Positions 36,900-47,073 of a stretch of 64,000 nt of DNA are shown here, one piece after another (positions within the stretch are counted from its first letter, which is position 1; every line of letters begins with the position of its first letter). The notes below the pieces were generated by a model. It had not been told where the DNA came from and ran no database searches. It saw only the letters and a list, made by a program, of their open reading frames with translations. The DNA lies in IMG/VR virus record IMGVR_UViG_3300021958_000038, one strand, 5' to 3'. The DNA comes from a virus. The position numbers and the translations under genes were made by a program.

Positions 36900-37427
36900 T
36901 TACGAAGTCGTATTAGATTCCCAGTATTGAATGTTTAATTCTACTGTGAATTCTTCAATCGCTGAAGCTTCATCGTAACTTAATTCGATAGCTCCAATGT
37001 TTGTTGGATACGCTCCTCTAAAGTCGTATTTTTTAACTGGATTACCGCTGTTATCTAATTGTTCTACAATCATATCAGCCATATAATCCGTTGGGTTTGC
37101 AAGCCCTGTATTTGCACTATGTGCATTAATACCATTGCTCCATCTTTCAAATGCGTCTCTAACACCAAAATCGATATCGTTATAAACAGTAATTGTCCAA
37201 GGTTCAAAAGACCTATCGCCAGCCATGTTTAGTTTTCTTCCTCTAAAAGGAACTTCGATATTGGTAAGAACGGATGCAGGTAATTGAGCAGCCTTACACA
37301 TAAATGATGTTAATTCTACATCACCCTGTGCATAGCCTGGAAAATTACATGTTACTTTGAAAAGGTTGGGTCTTGCACCGCCCCCTACTAGCTTCGATTT
37401 AAAATCGTCTATGCCTAAAATTGCCAT
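36900..37427 (-). CDS. gp19: Tail tube protein gp19
   Basis: GGARPNLF, CKAAQLP, AGDRSFEPWTITV, GAYPTNIG.IEL. Confidence 0.95.
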   Translation of the reverse strand: MAILGIDDFKSKLVGGGARPNLFKVTCNFPGYAQGDVELTSFMCKAAQLPASVLTNIEVPFRGRKLNMAGDRSFEPWTITVYNDIDFGVRDAFERWSNGINAHSANTGLANPTDYMADMIVEQLDNSGNPVKKYDFRGAYPTNIGAIELSYDEASAIEEFTVELNIQYWESNTTS

Positions 37428-37439
37428 GTTATTCTCCTA

Positions 37440-39137
37440 TTATCCGCCAGCGACTTCAGTAAAGTCGACTCCGGTTCTTGTTGCAATAAAATTAAGAGTA
37501 ATAAAGTTAATAGACCTTGCAGGCTTAACAAAAATGTCAGCTACAAATCTATTTGTATCTATTACTTGTCCGGTATTGTTTGACTCATCGCAAACCACTA
37601 AGAAATCTGTAATTCCTCTTCTGCCTTTCACATCTCTCAAGAATGGCTCTAGTAAATTTCTAAACTGAGCTCTTGTGAATTCGTCATTGAATTCAAATAG
37701 TTGTGATTTAGCAGCTGTTGAAATCGCTTTCTCTATAACAATGAATAACCTTCTTACATTAATTCTATCAAAGGCTGATGCTCTACTTAATAGTGTTTTA
37801 TCACCAAAAAGCATTGTACCTTGACCTGGGAAAGAAACTAATGGATTAATCCTTGCCTTATAAAGTGTGTCTCTTTGAGCTTTAGTTGGGTTGTAAGCTA
37901 ATTTTGCTACACCTAGTAATTGACCTCTATTCACACCTGCTGGTGAGAACCATGCGTCAGCTACTGAATCAGTGTTAGCACAAAGACCTGCACACAGGCC
38001 GTTACTTCCAATCCATCTATATACATCGTTGTATTTGTCATACAAATATACAGCACCACTATCTAATGATGCGTAAGATGTTGACGGTAATAAATTTGCA
38101 TACGCTACAACGTCAGTAACTGGGTCTGTTCCAGTTGAATCGTCTATAGGAGGTGAAATGAATGCTATACAATCTTTTCTTGCCTCGGCTATAGAAATCA
38201 GTTTTTCTCCGACAGTATCTACACCATCAGCATCAGGTGCTGCAAACAATAAATTTACATCTACTGTTTCACCATCGGCTAAATAATCTAATGCAGTCGA
38301 TACTTCGCCTGCAGTTAGGGCGTTATCAGATACTCCGTGTTGTAGTGAGTCAGTAAAAACAGTATCAACAGTTGTATAAGCAGTAGTCGATGCATCAATC
38401 AATGATTGTACAGTGTCTCCAGCTTGTGTTAAATCTGTTTCGTGGCTTCCCCACCAAATATATTCTGATTTATTATTAATGACGTCTTTGTAAAATAATG
38501 AAGAGCCTGAGCTATCTTTAGCATCTGAAGCCTGTGATAAGAAACCAAAAGTTTCTAATACAGTTCCTCTTGTGCCAGTAAATAGTCCATCTTCATCAAT
38601 TACTGCTATATGCATTTCGTCCGCGCCGCTTGCTAATCCTTTTCCTTTTACGTAATCGGATGTACCAGGTGCTGCTTCAAATTGGCCTGCGTGAGTCCAA
38701 GTTGAAAATGCAGTTGCGTTAGTACAAACTTCTACTTTAAGGGAATTACCAATAGCGCCAGGGTATTTAGCAATCCATGGACCGTCTGTGGCAGACGCCA
38801 ATGTTGCTTGGTCATACTCTGTTTCGTTAGATACGAGTCGTCCGGTAGTACCGGAAACAGCGTTTACTGCTGTGCTTCCAACTCCTCTAACCACTTTTAA
38901 TGCGTTACCATACTTTAAAAAAGATGCCGCATTCAAAAAGTGTTTTGCTGTGTCTGCATCAATCGGTGCACCGAACTTTTCAGCTAGTTCGTTTTCAGAA
39001 CCTACGGTTACAACCTCTTTTGCAGGACCCCAGACAAATGCTCCCGCGAATCCACCAATACTAGTAGAAACAGCTGGAACCACGTTCGTTGCGTCAATTT
39101 CCTTGACTTGAACGCCTGGTGATACTTGAAATGCCAT
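37440..39137 (-). CDS. gp18: Tail sheath protein gp18
   Basis: SPGVQVKEID, WFSPAG.NRG, FDRINVRRLF, KPARSINFITLNF. Confidence 0.98.
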   Translation of the reverse strand: MAFQVSPGVQVKEIDATNVVPAVSTSIGGFAGAFVWGPAKEVVTVGSENELAEKFGAPIDADTAKHFLNAASFLKYGNALKVVRGVGSTAVNAVSGTTGRLVSNETEYDQATLASATDGPWIAKYPGAIGNSLKVEVCTNATAFSTWTHAGQFEAAPGTSDYVKGKGLASGADEMHIAVIDEDGLFTGTRGTVLETFGFLSQASDAKDSSGSSLFYKDVINNKSEYIWWGSHETDLTQAGDTVQSLIDASTTAYTTVDTVFTDSLQHGVSDNALTAGEVSTALDYLADGETVDVNLLFAAPDADGVDTVGEKLISIAEARKDCIAFISPPIDDSTGTDPVTDVVAYANLLPSTSYASLDSGAVYLYDKYNDVYRWIGSNGLCAGLCANTDSVADAWFSPAGVNRGQLLGVAKLAYNPTKAQRDTLYKARINPLVSFPGQGTMLFGDKTLLSRASAFDRINVRRLFIVIEKAISTAAKSQLFEFNDEFTRAQFRNLLEPFLRDVKGRRGITDFLVVCDESNNTGQVIDTNRFVADIFVKPARSINFITLNFIATRTGVDFTEVAGG

Positions 39138-39196
39138 CGCTTTATCCTCTCTTTGAGTTAGTTAATAAGTTTCATAATACGTATATTCACTAGTAT

Positions 39197-39204
39197 TATT
39201 TATA
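39197..39204 (-). promoter_or_regulatory. Late promoter TATAAATA (gp18)
   Basis: Exact TATAAATA, intergenic. Confidence 0.75.
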
Positions 39205-39225
39205 ATAATTGCTATTTTATAAGCA

Positions 39226-40665
39226 TTAATGGTCGGTCGAATCGTTAGCCTCTACAATATCGCTCAATATAAAGCGTTTATTTGGGTTAATTGCAACCTT
39301 AAATTTGGTCATTAATTTACGATTAACTAACATTTCGGATGCCGTATCCTTGGTAGATAATCCTATTTCTGCATTATAACGTTTGTTGTTAAATATAATT
39401 GTGTGTTCTATTACAGGTCTTCTATCAAATGGTTTTAAACCTCTTTTTGGTTCAGATACATATAATACTTCACTCTTAAATGATGCACCATTTTTGGTCC
39501 ATTTTACATAATCACCATCAGCTTCCATGCTATCGACATGTAACATAGTAGCAGAAGCACTATTACCAGTATCAAACTTCGCTCTAATAGGGTCATTTTC
39601 CATACCTTCTAATCTAATACTCTCAATATACCCTGCCTCTTGTCTCATTAGAGCTCTCCTAGCTCTCTCATCTGAATATATGTCTAATATACTCTCTATT
39701 GTTTCTTCATCAGAAATCTTCCTAGTAGGTTTTTGTGTTTTATAATCATAACCCATAAAGTGTGAACGAATACCTGGTGAACCGTTTACTTCTAATATAT
39801 AAGCTTTTCCTTTATATACACAATGGTCAACACCACAATATGAAGCTCCACTACTTCTTGCAGCCTTTATAACTAATTCTTTTTCTTCTTCTGACAATTT
39901 ATATGGCTTTGTATCTGCCCCTAAATGAACATTATTTCTAAAATCTTTATTTTCTCGTTGTCTTATTCTTTCAGCAGCACCAATAATTTTATTATTTACT
40001 AATAATGTACGAACATCAGAGCTTACATCTAAAAATTCTTGTAATAAAATAGACGCATCGTATTTCCATAATGATTGACATACCGAAACTAATGAACTCA
40101 TATCATTTACTTTAGATACACCAACGCCTTGAGTACCAGTTAGTGTTTTAATAATTACTGGAAATTTACCACCAATTCTTCTATGAGCATCTTCGATTGA
40201 TTTAACATTATTTACAATAGATGTTTTTGGTATGTTTATATTATTTCTTTCTAGTGCAATAGCATTTGACATCTTGTTACTACATAACATCATAGCTTCT
40301 AAATCATTCACTAAGAAAAAGCCGATTGTTTGTAAAGATGATACTAGTGATTGTGAAGTTAAACTTTCCACAGCTCCACCTCGTACGAAAATAAGTGTAT
40401 TACTTGTTTCTATATCTAATGAATTATCTTCTCCATCATAGTTCTGAATAGTTACCTTACCAATTTCAACATCAGAATCTGCAATAAAGGCTTCATCGAC
40501 ATCAATAAGTTCGCAGAAAATATTCTTTTTCTTTGCAACTTTTTTAAGTAAATTAGCAAAAGTACCATCAGCATCGCCATAACCTAATATGACAATTTGC
40601 ATATCCTGTATAGGTATATCCTCTGTCTGTTCTTTTACTGTAAAATAATCGTTAAAGTTTTCCAT
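39226..40665 (-). CDS. RimK-like ATP-grasp ligase fused to C-terminal retropepsin-like (RimK-associated) protease domain
   Basis: FPVIIKT..GTQG.GV, LLQEFL, DVRTLLV, FRNNVHLG, ILEVNGSPG; then AKFDTGNSA..LH, RRPVI; start likely overlaps gp17 stop. Confidence 0.85.
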   Translation of the reverse strand: MENFNDYFTVKEQTEDIPIQDMQIVILGYGDADGTFANLLKKVAKKKNIFCELIDVDEAFIADSDVEIGKVTIQNYDGEDNSLDIETSNTLIFVRGGAVESLTSQSLVSSLQTIGFFLVNDLEAMMLCSNKMSNAIALERNNINIPKTSIVNNVKSIEDAHRRIGGKFPVIIKTLTGTQGVGVSKVNDMSSLVSVCQSLWKYDASILLQEFLDVSSDVRTLLVNNKIIGAAERIRQRENKDFRNNVHLGADTKPYKLSEEEKELVIKAARSSGASYCGVDHCVYKGKAYILEVNGSPGIRSHFMGYDYKTQKPTRKISDEETIESILDIYSDERARRALMRQEAGYIESIRLEGMENDPIRAKFDTGNSASATMLHVDSMEADGDYVKWTKNGASFKSEVLYVSEPKRGLKPFDRRPVIEHTIIFNNKRYNAEIGLSTKDTASEMLVNRKLMTKFKVAINPNKRFILSDIVEANDSTDH

Positions 40666-42275
40666 TAGAAATTTTGTTTCCACTCTTGTTCGAACCAGAT
40701 GTTTCCATCTTCATCTTTTATACCTTTATTTATACTGCTTGGATTACCATCATCTATATAACCAAACGGCAGCATATCATCTTGAATAGCTGCTAACTTT
40801 TCTCTAAATAATAAATCTTTCATATCAATATTAGATAAATTTTCAAATATATCGGTTGATGTAAACCACGCAAATAAAACTAAGTTCATCATTAAATCAT
40901 CGTGATTAGGTGGTGATGCTTGATATGAATTGCCTTTCATTACAAAAGTACTTAATTCTACAATTGTATTAGCATCGTGTATATCTAGTCTTTTTGTCTC
41001 AATTAAATCTTTTATATTTGAACAACCAATTCTTTTAACTCTCTTTGTCATTGTACAACCTAAAGCATTTGCTTTAATACTTGATTCTACAAACATATTT
41101 TCATATTCTAAATCATAATATAAACCATTACATACAACAGCTCCTGCATCATTACTTTCAATTACTACATAAGCATCATTAAAAGTTTTTGCATATTTGT
41201 ATATAATATCTGGAAATAATATTGGTGATAAAGTATTATCTCTAAACGTAGCTACTTGACTAAATGGATTTGTTGTTACATCTATAATAGTAAATGTACT
41301 GTAGTCTTGATTTCTACCCTTAGATACATCAACCGTCATTACATATTCGTGGTCTGGTTCAGGCTCTGAATATATCCAAACATTTTCTTTATAGTATAAT
41401 GGGTCTTTAGATTTTTGTCTCATTAAATGATTAGCATCAATTAGCGTATTACCTCTGCCATGGAATGTATTACCAAACTCTTGGTCAAATTGTAATTCTG
41501 ATGTGTTAGCTATTGTAGTTTCTTTCCACTTTTCATCTCTTCCAGGTACATCCCACCAATCAACTCTTAAAGGTTTAAATTCATTTGTACCTTGAGCAGC
41601 ACCTTCCCATAGTTTATGATACACATTACCTACACCATTTGCAGTAGATGTAATAATAACCTTTGAATCGCTACCAGATGAAACCACCGGATAAGTTGAT
41701 GTAAAGAACTGTGCATCTTTTTCTACAAAGGCAAACTCATCGAGAAATAGTAAGTTAATAGATAAACCCCTAATAGAACTACCAGATGTAGCTGCTGCTA
41801 TAATCTTAGAGTTATTGCTAAATTCAAGTGAACCTTTATTTAATGCTTTTGTTCCTGGCTGTAAAAAGAATGGTAAATTTTCTAAAGCCAAAGTAATCCT
41901 GGCCAACATTTCTCTTGCCACTGCGCCTTTGTTAGCTAATATAGCAATAGTTTTTTCTGGGTGAAATATTGCATACCATAATAGAAATACAACTGATGAA
42001 ATAGATTTTCCAGACTGACGACATGCAAGAACAATATTAAATCTCTCATCTTTAAATTGATTAAACATTTTCTCTTGATAAGGATATAAATTAAATGGTA
42101 CTAAACCTTCATCAAGAGAAATAACTTTTACATAAGTCCTAGCAAAATATGCAGGGTTTTGCATACATTTAGCATATTCTTGTACTTCATCTTTTGTAAA
42201 AGATGTTTCGACTCCGTCTCTTTTGACAGATGGATTACCTAAGTAACCAAATTCGCTATTCTTTATCCTCTGCAT
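40665..42275 (-). CDS. gp17: Terminase large subunit gp17
   Basis: ACRQSGKS, FLDEFAF, ITSTANG, DVSKG..DYS, HDDLMM. Confidence 0.98.
   Translation of the reverse strand: MQRIKNSEFGYLGNPSVKRDGVETSFTKDEVQEYAKCMQNPAYFARTYVKVISLDEGLVPFNLYPYQEKMFNQFKDERFNIVLACRQSGKSISSVVFLLWYAIFHPEKTIAILANKGAVAREMLARITLALENLPFFLQPGTKALNKGSLEFSNNSKIIAAATSGSSIRGLSINLLFLDEFAFVEKDAQFFTSTYPVVSSGSDSKVIITSTANGVGNVYHKLWEGAAQGTNEFKPLRVDWWDVPGRDEKWKETTIANTSELQFDQEFGNTFHGRGNTLIDANHLMRQKSKDPLYYKENVWIYSEPEPDHEYVMTVDVSKGRNQDYSTFTIIDVTTNPFSQVATFRDNTLSPILFPDIIYKYAKTFNDAYVVIESNDAGAVVCNGLYYDLEYENMFVESSIKANALGCTMTKRVKRIGCSNIKDLIETKRLDIHDANTIVELSTFVMKGNSYQASPPNHDDLMMNLVLFAWFTSTDIFENLSNIDMKDLLFREKLAAIQDDMLPFGYIDDGNPSSINKGIKDEDGNIWFEQEWKQNF
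40727..40734 (-). promoter_or_regulatory. Possible late promoter TATAAATA within gp17 3' end (RimK fusion)
   Basis: Exact TATAAATA about 60 nt upstream of the RimK start. Confidence 0.5.
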
Positions 42276-42681
42276 CGATTATTACATTATCCTTATTTGT
42301 ATCTAATAAAGCTCTTTGTAGCTCAGTTGTGCTACCAACAAAAACATTATTTTGAGTTAACCTCTGTTCTTGTTTTTTCTTGTCATCATCTTCTTTATTT
42401 AATTCTTTTTTAGCTTTTTGTAAAGCCATCAACTTTTCAGTTGTATCACCAATGTCTTTTATAGATTTAGATAAAACTTCGAATGCCCTTGGACTTTCCG
42501 CTTCTCTGGCAAGTTGTGATAGTGCATCAAGAGATTGTACACCAGTTCTTATTAAGTCTTTATATGTTGACCTTGAAAATTCATAATCGTCTTTTATGTC
42601 TTTTTTATCGACATAATCTTTTTGTTTTTTCACTGGCAAATTCTTTTCTAAAGAATTTTTTAACTTATTTAGTTTTTCCAT
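42256..42681 (-). CDS. gp16: Terminase small subunit gp16
   Basis: DDYEFSR, ESPRAFEV, NNVFVGSTTELQ; position before 17. Confidence 0.88.
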   Translation of the reverse strand: MEKLNKLKNSLEKNLPVKKQKDYVDKKDIKDDYEFSRSTYKDLIRTGVQSLDALSQLAREAESPRAFEVLSKSIKDIGDTTEKLMALQKAKKELNKEDDDKKKQEQRLTQNNVFVGSTTELQRALLDTNKDNVIIDAEDKE

Positions 42682-43445
42682 TAATCATCATAAGGATTAT
42701 TATCAATTGTAGTTGTTACGGTATAACTTTCTGCCGTATCAGTATTACCAACTGTAAAATCCATCTCCTCAAATATGTTTGTATTATTGCTAGTTCCAAA
42801 CTTTTCCAAATCAACATTAATTTCTCTAATTAAACCAACATCTCCTGTAGGTCCATAGAATTTCATTTTCATAGTAAAATCCATTTGATAGATTAATACT
42901 CTTCTTGTAACAAAGTCAGATTCATAATCATCTTGAATTGTTACACTGTCTAAAATAACTGGGACATCTTGTTTCATATCGAAACCATCAACAGGTTTAA
43001 TAGTAACTGTATAATCTGGTTGGAAATATGGAATGATTTGTTCTATAATTTGTAAGCCATCATCTTGGTTTTTAACCATTGCATATAATGACATTGTTAT
43101 ATTGTATGAAGCATAGTTTTTTATTGTCTTTCTTTTTGTAACATCACTACCATGTGCTTCTACTATTTTTTTTAGTTTACCTAATGATTGGTTAGTATCT
43201 TTTTCTACACCAGTAATTTCAAAAGCCAATCTTGGTAGTTTAATTGCTAACGGTGCTTCAAAGCCAGCCTCTTGGTCTAACCTAGCTAAAAACTTTTGTT
43301 TAGGTCCGTATGCTAATGGTACTTTTACTTGATTAAGTATACCGCCACTGCCATCTTTTCTGATTACACTTATGTTATTAAACAGTGTACCAAAAACAGC
43401 TACTGCCTTTCTGGTTGTTGCGTGGTAAAAATGACCTCCAAACAT
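42681..43445 (-). CDS. gp15: Tail sheath stabiliser/terminator gp15
   Basis: FYH..RKAV..FGTLFNNI, VPLAYGPKQKF, QIIEQI.PYFQP. Confidence 0.95.
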   Translation of the reverse strand: MFGGHFYHATTRKAVAVFGTLFNNISVIRKDGSGGILNQVKVPLAYGPKQKFLARLDQEAGFEAPLAIKLPRLAFEITGVEKDTNQSLGKLKKIVEAHGSDVTKRKTIKNYASYNITMSLYAMVKNQDDGLQIIEQIIPYFQPDYTVTIKPVDGFDMKQDVPVILDSVTIQDDYESDFVTRRVLIYQMDFTMKMKFYGPTGDVGLIREINVDLEKFGTSNNTNIFEEMDFTVGNTDTAESYTVTTTIDNNPYDD

Positions 43446-44371
43446 TAGTAACTCTCCGATGGGTCACCGAACGGATTAGATTCAGTAAAGTCTATAAAAT
43501 TATCTGCTACGTGCTCAAACGCTACGTTATCAGCTCCACCGTCAGATGGGAATACATTATCGTCATCGTTATCGCCTATATCATATACCTTTGTAATTGT
43601 ACTTGAGTAACTATTTTCAGAACCAACTATTGGCTTAGTTGCTGAAGCTACAAATTGTCTATAAGTTTCTGAACCGCTTACACCGATATTAGCAACTGTA
43701 ATTTTTCCAGAATTACCAGATGTCTTAGTTACAGAAGCCACTTCAGCAAATATTGAAATGCCAGTTTCTAGTTCTTGCGTTACTGTTTCACCAACTACAA
43801 AGTGTTGGTCTCCAGTACCTAGTGTTATATTCATAGCAATTTGATATGCCTGTGATACAGTTTTATTATCTATATCAGCAACACCGGTATCAAAGTCTTC
43901 ATCTGAGAACTCGAATAATGTACATGCTAATCTATAAACTGGTAAATTAGATAACTGGAAGAATGGTGAATCGTCTTCTACATATGAAATCTCAAAGAAT
44001 GAGTTAGTCATTGGTAGGAATAATAAATCACCTTCCAACGGTTTGTCCGTAGCTTCTTTTAAACCTACTGCATGATTCCAAACTTTTCTAGAGATAACAA
44101 ATTGTGCTTCGTCTCTAATCTCTAATCCAAACTTAGAATATAAGTCCCCGTCTCCTTCAAAGCCATCAACGTTTTCGATATATGCTTCCATTAAATAAGC
44201 ATCATCAAATCTAGACGCAGGGTCTTCATTTAAAATGGTATCTCTATTTACTAAAGTTCTTGGAATATAATAGACATCTTGTCCATATATCTTAAGAGAC
44301 TCGACAATAAGGTCTTCGTATAAATTTTGTTCAGCCCTTACTGCCTGAGAGAAATATACATTCCTAGGCAT
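43445..44371 (-). CDS. gp14: Neck protein gp14
   Basis: ESLKIYGQDVYYIPR, SKFGLEIRD, PLEGDLLF.P, NPFG. Confidence 0.95.
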   Translation of the reverse strand: MPRNVYFSQAVRAEQNLYEDLIVESLKIYGQDVYYIPRTLVNRDTILNEDPASRFDDAYLMEAYIENVDGFEGDGDLYSKFGLEIRDEAQFVISRKVWNHAVGLKEATDKPLEGDLLFLPMTNSFFEISYVEDDSPFFQLSNLPVYRLACTLFEFSDEDFDTGVADIDNKTVSQAYQIAMNITLGTGDQHFVVGETVTQELETGISIFAEVASVTKTSGNSGKITVANIGVSGSETYRQFVASATKPIVGSENSYSSTITKVYDIGDNDDDNVFPSDGGADNVAFEHVADNFIDFTESNPFGDPSESY

Positions 44372-44374
44372 ATT

Positions 44375-45124
44375 TTATCCTGTATAGAAGTCGATTGGTT
44401 GTTCCCAATTCAATCTAACTTCTTCTTCTAATTTTTCTAATTCTGCTATCGCATCGTCAAATAACTGTCTTCCGTTAAATGTAACTCCGCCTGGCATTAC
44501 CATTCCTTCAAATTTAAGAAGGTTTGTTCCCCATTGTTTCTTTAACAATGAAGTTAGATATTTCTTTAAATAATAATCGTTATAAACATCTGTAAATGTG
44601 TCTGGGTCGATGATACGATAACATTCAACTACTAAATAATCATTTACTGAAACTTCTTCGCTCCAAGCCATATCAATTCTTAATCTATTTCTATGTCTGT
44701 CAAAGGAAATAAATTTATTGTCATTATCAATAACTAAATCTAGTGTTGAAAGATATTGCTGGGCCATTGAGTATTCTAATAGTGAACCCATATAACCTAA
44801 ACTAAACATATCGTTTAAATGCATCTGATATTTAATATCAAATAAATTATTAGCTGAATATGTATCTCGGATTGGTAACACTCTTAATACATCAGTAACT
44901 AAATCATTAATAGCAATATAGCCATTATCAATATCTGTTTGTGTTACTTGGTGTTTTAAAAATACCTTTTCAATAGCATCAGCATGGTAGTGCTGATAGA
45001 ATTGTAGAGCTTCGTCTACTCTATCATCGATTTGGTCTTCATCAACATTAATTTCAATTACTGGTGCACCTAGATTTCTAAGGCAGTAATCAATTAATGT
45101 AGTTCTGCTGTTTGGTTTTGCCAT
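44375..45124 (-). CDS. gp13: Neck protein gp13
   Basis: YCLRNLGAPVIEINV, KKQWG.NL.KFEG..MPGGVT.NG. Confidence 0.96.
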   Translation of the reverse strand: MAKPNSRTTLIDYCLRNLGAPVIEINVDEDQIDDRVDEALQFYQHYHADAIEKVFLKHQVTQTDIDNGYIAINDLVTDVLRVLPIRDTYSANNLFDIKYQMHLNDMFSLGYMGSLLEYSMAQQYLSTLDLVIDNDNKFISFDRHRNRLRIDMAWSEEVSVNDYLVVECYRIIDPDTFTDVYNDYYLKKYLTSLLKKQWGTNLLKFEGMVMPGGVTFNGRQLFDDAIAELEKLEEEVRLNWEQPIDFYTG

Positions 45125-45147
45125 TTAATACCTCGATAATAATAGTT

Positions 45148-45167
45148 TATTTATAGAACTATTTATA
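45148..45167 (-). promoter_or_regulatory. Tandem late promoters TATAAATA x2 (gp13)
   Basis: Copies at 45148-45155 and 45160-45167. Confidence 0.72.
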
Positions 45168-45183
45168 AGATTTTAGATACTAT

Positions 45184-47073
45184 CTAATACTTATCACCAG
45201 TATATCTGCTAGACCACATTGTAAGAGAATATTTAGTTCCTTTTAATAATTCAGTACATTCATGACCATGAGTAACGGCCCCAGGGAATAATATACACCA
45301 ACCTGGTGGAATTTCTTTATTAGAAATACCTTGTCTAGGAAATATTAAATCGGCTCCTTCATAATCTTCATTTAATTTAACTGAACCAGTAACTAAACTT
45401 GCATCAGTATGCAATGGTAAATCTTTTTGTGTATCTACAGAATACTTCATAATAAAAGCATCTCTTAACCCATACATTTCCATAGGATGCCAATATCTTT
45501 CAATGATGGGATATAAATGTTTTTTCCAATGTGATTCTAATTCTTCAAATAGTCCTAATTCTTTCATTCTAATTTCTTGAGCTGGAAATTTATCACCTGG
45601 CATTGGCTCCCAAGTATTTAATTTATCACCCATTTCAATTAATCTTTCACATTGAGATTGGTTCATAAATTTAACTAATAACATATCTTTATCTAAAATC
45701 TGAAATTCGTTACCTGTGGGTAAATATAACTGTGGAAAACTTGAAGGTAATAGTTTAGCTTTTACATCTTGCAATGTTGAATAATTAAAATTATTATCGC
45801 CATTTGCATGATAAACTAATGGGCAACTATTAGTATTTGGATTATATAATTGATTATCAAGAGTAGTTATATCTTTATCAGCTGTTTGAAATAAATAACC
45901 TGTATTATCAATTATAATATCCCATTCGTTTTTAAAGAATTGTTCTTGGTAAAAAGCTTGGTCATCATCGTGTACATTTTCATCATAATGTGATATAATA
46001 TCTTGTAGCACACCAGCTCTTCCAATAAAGCCACCACTATTTAAATATGGAAAAGGTTGTGTCTCATCAAATCTATCAGCCCATTCTGCATTTGGCCAAC
46101 AACTATTTTCGCCTGAAAAGATTACATCAGCTTTCATTTCTAAAAATCTATTTACTATAGTTTCTTTATCATCACATATTAAAGAATCATATCCATCAGT
46201 AAAGAAAACTAAATCTGTTGGAGCTAGTTGATTAATAAATTCTTTTTGTAAATAAACTTTTTTACCACCATCGCGATGAGTCATAGGACTAAACCAATCA
46301 AAGTTATTACCTAGATTTTTTAAGTATATTCCATTATGAATAGCAGAATCATTTAAGTCTACGAGTTTATGTCTATCAGTACCAATTGTAGTAAAGTGTA
46401 TATTTGTAAAGTCGTGGAAAGCATTGTCTTGTCCGACTTCAATATCAGAAGCTACTTGACTTCTAAAATGTTGCCAACAAGGCTGTGGATTTTCTGTGCT
46501 GTCTGTATAACCTACTGATGACAATGTACCATTCATAATTAATTTTGGAATATGCTCATCTGAAGGTATTAAAGTTCTACCAAACTTTTCTATAAGTATA
46601 CTTGCAGTCTCAGGATACATTGCATAAGCTGTAAGGTTATATGGATAATAAGGTACTACTAAGTTATCATCAATTACTTTTTCCAACCCTGGTTCATTTT
46701 CATTATGCTGTAGATATACAATGTCATAACTGTCTAATAAAGTTTCTACTTCTTCTTCATTATATCTTTCTGGATTTCTAATCCAACAATCGTCTTCCAT
46801 AACAATAACTGGTTCATCACCTTCTGCTATAGCTTTCCAAGCCGCGTAATGACTTAATGTACAACCAACTTCACCTTTCTGCATTTTTCTATCTTTATAT
46901 GGGTCTCTCCATGTTGTATCGATATTCCACCCATGTCTGACTAAAGTTTGCATATTGATTTCTTCGCCATCAACACCTTCAATATACGTATAGTCTTTTA
47001 AATTATTTTTTTCAAATAATTCTTTTCTGTCAGTTCGTCTTTTTAAATTTATTACTAGTTTTTTCATTTCCAA
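45184..47073 (-). CDS. Three-domain collagen-modifying enzyme candidate: GT25 (COLGALT-like) + PLOD-type glycosyltransferase + PLOD-type 2OG-Fe(II) lysyl hydroxylase
   Basis: N: INLKRRTDR, GVDG, WRDPY...KGEVGCTLSHY, VMEDD. Middle: FFTDGYD, FSGENSCWP, YLNSGGFIG, DDQAFY, HANG. C: DAFIMKY, LHTDAS, LNEDYEG, GWCILFPG..THGHE, GTKYS. Confidence 0.85.
   Translation of the reverse strand: MEMKKLVINLKRRTDRKELFEKNNLKDYTYIEGVDGEEINMQTLVRHGWNIDTTWRDPYKDRKMQKGEVGCTLSHYAAWKAIAEGDEPVIVMEDDCWIRNPERYNEEEVETLLDSYDIVYLQHNENEPGLEKVIDDNLVVPYYPYNLTAYAMYPETASILIEKFGRTLIPSDEHIPKLIMNGTLSSVGYTDSTENPQPCWQHFRSQVASDIEVGQDNAFHDFTNIHFTTIGTDRHKLVDLNDSAIHNGIYLKNLGNNFDWFSPMTHRDGGKKVYLQKEFINQLAPTDLVFFTDGYDSLICDDKETIVNRFLEMKADVIFSGENSCWPNAEWADRFDETQPFPYLNSGGFIGRAGVLQDIISHYDENVHDDDQAFYQEQFFKNEWDIIIDNTGYLFQTADKDITTLDNQLYNPNTNSCPLVYHANGDNNFNYSTLQDVKAKLLPSSFPQLYLPTGNEFQILDKDMLLVKFMNQSQCERLIEMGDKLNTWEPMPGDKFPAQEIRMKELGLFEELESHWKKHLYPIIERYWHPMEMYGLRDAFIMKYSVDTQKDLPLHTDASLVTGSVKLNEDYEGADLIFPRQGISNKEIPPGWCILFPGAVTHGHECTELLKGTKYSLTMWSSRYTGDKY

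Noticed and set aside
32414-39111. Long plus-strand ORFs antisense to genes 23, 22, 21, 20 and 18
   Set aside because: Typical antisense open frames of strongly codon-biased structural genes
11830-42275. Introns or inteins in gp43, gp46, uvsW, gp23 or gp17
   Set aside because: All ORFs are continuous, of normal T4-like length, and show no intein or LAGLIDADG/HNH insertions
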